Source: an uncultured bacterium (lineage in GTDB: Bacteria; Chloroflexota; UBA5177; JANWHV01). From it: a stretch of 64,000 bases of DNA. The notes beneath the pieces were generated by a model. The model searched no databases and was not told the origin of the DNA. It saw nothing but the letters and a program-made list of their open reading frames with translations. Location of the stretch: positions 160,001 through 224,000 of the forward strand of contig CAWHAE010000008.1 in the NCBI GenBank assembly GCA_963827235.1, read 5' to 3'. Shown piece by piece: positions 62,249 to 64,000 of the stretch (position 1 is its first letter; each line of letters opens with the position of its first letter). A program made the translations under genes and the position numbers.

Positions 62249-63310
62249 CTAGTATGGAAGGTTGGCCGCCTGCCCGGCATCCTCGATGATCCCATCGTTG
62301 CTTTCGGCTGCCGCGGGCGGCGGGAAGGCGACATCCACGGCGAGCTGCAGAATGCGGTCCGCGCCATCCGCGGGGTCGACCACGTGATCGATCACCGCCT
62401 GCAAAACGGATTCCGATCCGGAAGCTGCCAGCAGTCGGGGCGCGACCGACGTCCGAAGACCCCGCTCGACTAGCTCGCGAACCTCACGCCGCAACCGGCA
62501 ATCTCTCCGTTCGGTCAGCCCGCCGGTCCTCTCGAGCCAGGCGCGGTGTCGATCAAGCGCGGCGTAGAGCGCCTGGATGCCCTGGCCCTCGTGCGCCCTT
62601 GTCTCGACGATTTCCGCGTTCCACTCGTGGCGATCCTGCAGATGAAGCATAGAGCTTAGTGCCCTGTGCATGCGCGGAGCGTCCGCATGATCCGCCTTGT
62701 TGAGGGCGAAGACGTCAGCAATCTCGAGGATGCCGGCCTTGAGCGTCTGCACGGCGTCACCCATGTCCGGCGTCACCACGACCAATGTCGTGTCGGCGGC
62801 GCCGGCGATGTCCAGCTCGGATTGCCCAACGCCTACCGTCTCCACCAGAATCAGCTCGTAGCCTGCGGAGTCGAGGACTCTCAGTGCGTCGCGCGTAGAT
62901 TGGGCAAGTCCTCCCAGGTAGCCTCGCGCGCCCATGCTTCGGATGAACACGCCGGGGTCGCCGGCATGCGCCTGCATGCGGATACGATCGCCGAGCACGG
63001 CGCCGCCGGTAAACGGGCTGCTTGGGTCAACCGCGAGCACGGCCACGCTGCGACCGTCCGCCCTTGCTTGGTGGGCGATCCGATCGACGAGCGTACTCTT
63101 TCCTGCCCCCGGCGAACCGGTCACTCCGATCACATATGCCCTGCCAGTCAAGGGGAACAATCGTCGCAGTACCGGCCGTGCCTCGGGCTTCGAGTTCTCG
63201 AGCGCGCTGATCAACCGAGCAACGGCGCGCACTTCACCTCGCCGCACCCTGGCGACGATGTCGTTCACGCCGGCTGCCGCGCCGGGGTCCGATTCAGTCA
63301 GTTCGCTCAT
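62249..63310 (-). CDS. meaB: MeaB/ArgK GTPase (B12-mutase chaperone)
   Basis: GSPGAGKST, DPSSPFTGGAVLGDRIRM, ETVGVGQSE, NKAD. Confidence 0.93.
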   Translation of the reverse strand: MSELTESDPGAAAGVNDIVARVRRGEVRAVARLISALENSKPEARPVLRRLFPLTGRAYVIGVTGSPGAGKSTLVDRIAHQARADGRSVAVLAVDPSSPFTGGAVLGDRIRMQAHAGDPGVFIRSMGARGYLGGLAQSTRDALRVLDSAGYELILVETVGVGQSELDIAGAADTTLVVVTPDMGDAVQTLKAGILEIADVFALNKADHADAPRMHRALSSMLHLQDRHEWNAEIVETRAHEGQGIQALYAALDRHRAWLERTGGLTERRDCRLRREVRELVERGLRTSVAPRLLAASGSESVLQAVIDHVVDPADGADRILQLAVDVAFPPPAAAESNDGIIEDAGQAANLPY

Positions 63311-64000
63311 TCACCGGCGGCAGGTCTGGAATCGACCTGATCGAGCACACCGTTGTCCGTCTCGCCGGCGTCGGCAATCGTGGTCTGACCGTGGCCGTTG
63401 GCCTCGGAGTCCGTCGACCCGTCGGCGCGCTCGCTCGCCGGCGGCATTTCCTCTCGGGCGATATATCGCGGCAGCTCGAGCTGCGCCCGTATCTGCCCAA
63501 TTGCTTGGTACACGCTCGTGTTAGTCAGGTGCAGCTGGGCCGCGATCTGCTTATGCACTCCCACCTCGGGCTCCGGCAGCAACGGAAGATACAGCTCTCT
63601 GATGCGGTCCAGATCCTCCGGAGAGCGAAGGCCGGAGTTTCTTTCCCACCAGCTCTGAATCTGTACCTCGTCGCGCGTATGCTTGATTATGGCCTTCACT
63701 GCCTTGAGAGGTATGCCGAGCTCCGTGGCGATCTGGTGGCGGATGCCGTCGAACTCCGGCTGGGCGAGCTCAAGATAGCGGAGGCGGACCGCCTCGATCT
63801 GCTCTGCAGACGGCTCGTACGGCTTCTGCTGAATCCGCGGCTTAGGTTCTCTGGGCGGGCGAGGCACCCGCTGCCTTGGTTGCCCTGTGGGTCTGGCCTT
63901 GCGGACCGCGGTCTTCTCCTCGTGCTTGGCGGCAATGGGCGTGGCAGCCGGCACGGCCCTCTCTAGCCGCGTGTGCACCTGCTCGACATGGGACGCCGGT
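63307..64000 (-). CDS. Hypothetical protein with two tandem HTH-like repeats, 5' end outside the window
   Basis: Frame open to the window edge. YLEL..PEFDGIRHQIA..L and YLPL..PEVGVHKQIA..L repeats. Confidence 0.65.
   Translation of the reverse strand, partial: PASHVEQVHTRLERAVPAATPIAAKHEEKTAVRKARPTGQPRQRVPRPPREPKPRIQQKPYEPSAEQIEAVRLRYLELAQPEFDGIRHQIATELGIPLKAVKAIIKHTRDEVQIQSWWERNSGLRSPEDLDRIRELYLPLLPEPEVGVHKQIAAQLHLTNTSVYQAIGQIRAQLELPRYIAREEMPPASERADGSTDSEANGHGQTTIADAGETDNGVLDQVDSRPAAGE

Overview
GC-rich bacterial chromosomal segment, probably Chloroflexota or a related monoderm. This is inferred from a GAAC-N4-GTAC SOS-like box, a large Alu-type SRP RNA in ffs-dnaX-ybaB-recR order, and a four-domain S1. 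It is mostly housekeeping: lpdA, fabF/accB/fabH, two tRNA-Ser, radA, clpC, rpsA, nadD, sdhAB with an HdrB-like anchor, icd, polA, meaB. About ten single-base frameshifts, several in core genes, point to uncorrected long-read indels. The standout is a ~15 kb envelope locus (35.6-50.7 kb). A MacB/YknZ-type permease without its ATPase is coupled to a giant (~1430 aa) MacA/YknX-type adaptor whose alpha-hairpin has ~20 ascending and ~20 descending 26-aa repeats. The most recent 78-bp duplications sit in register on both arms, suggesting a length-tunable rod or conduit up to ~70-80 nm. Next to it lie a leaderless Ser/Thr-rich helix-repeat protein, a large Ig-repeat surface protein and a YkcB-like GT-C. 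All four units have 11-bp-periodic CTTAG-like arrays upstream, a putative OmpR-family regulon. A Rad52-like gene with a clean sigma70 promoter and LexA-type operator is also present. No CRISPR array, rRNA, integrase or transposase was seen. All family assignments come from motif recognition; no database search was run.
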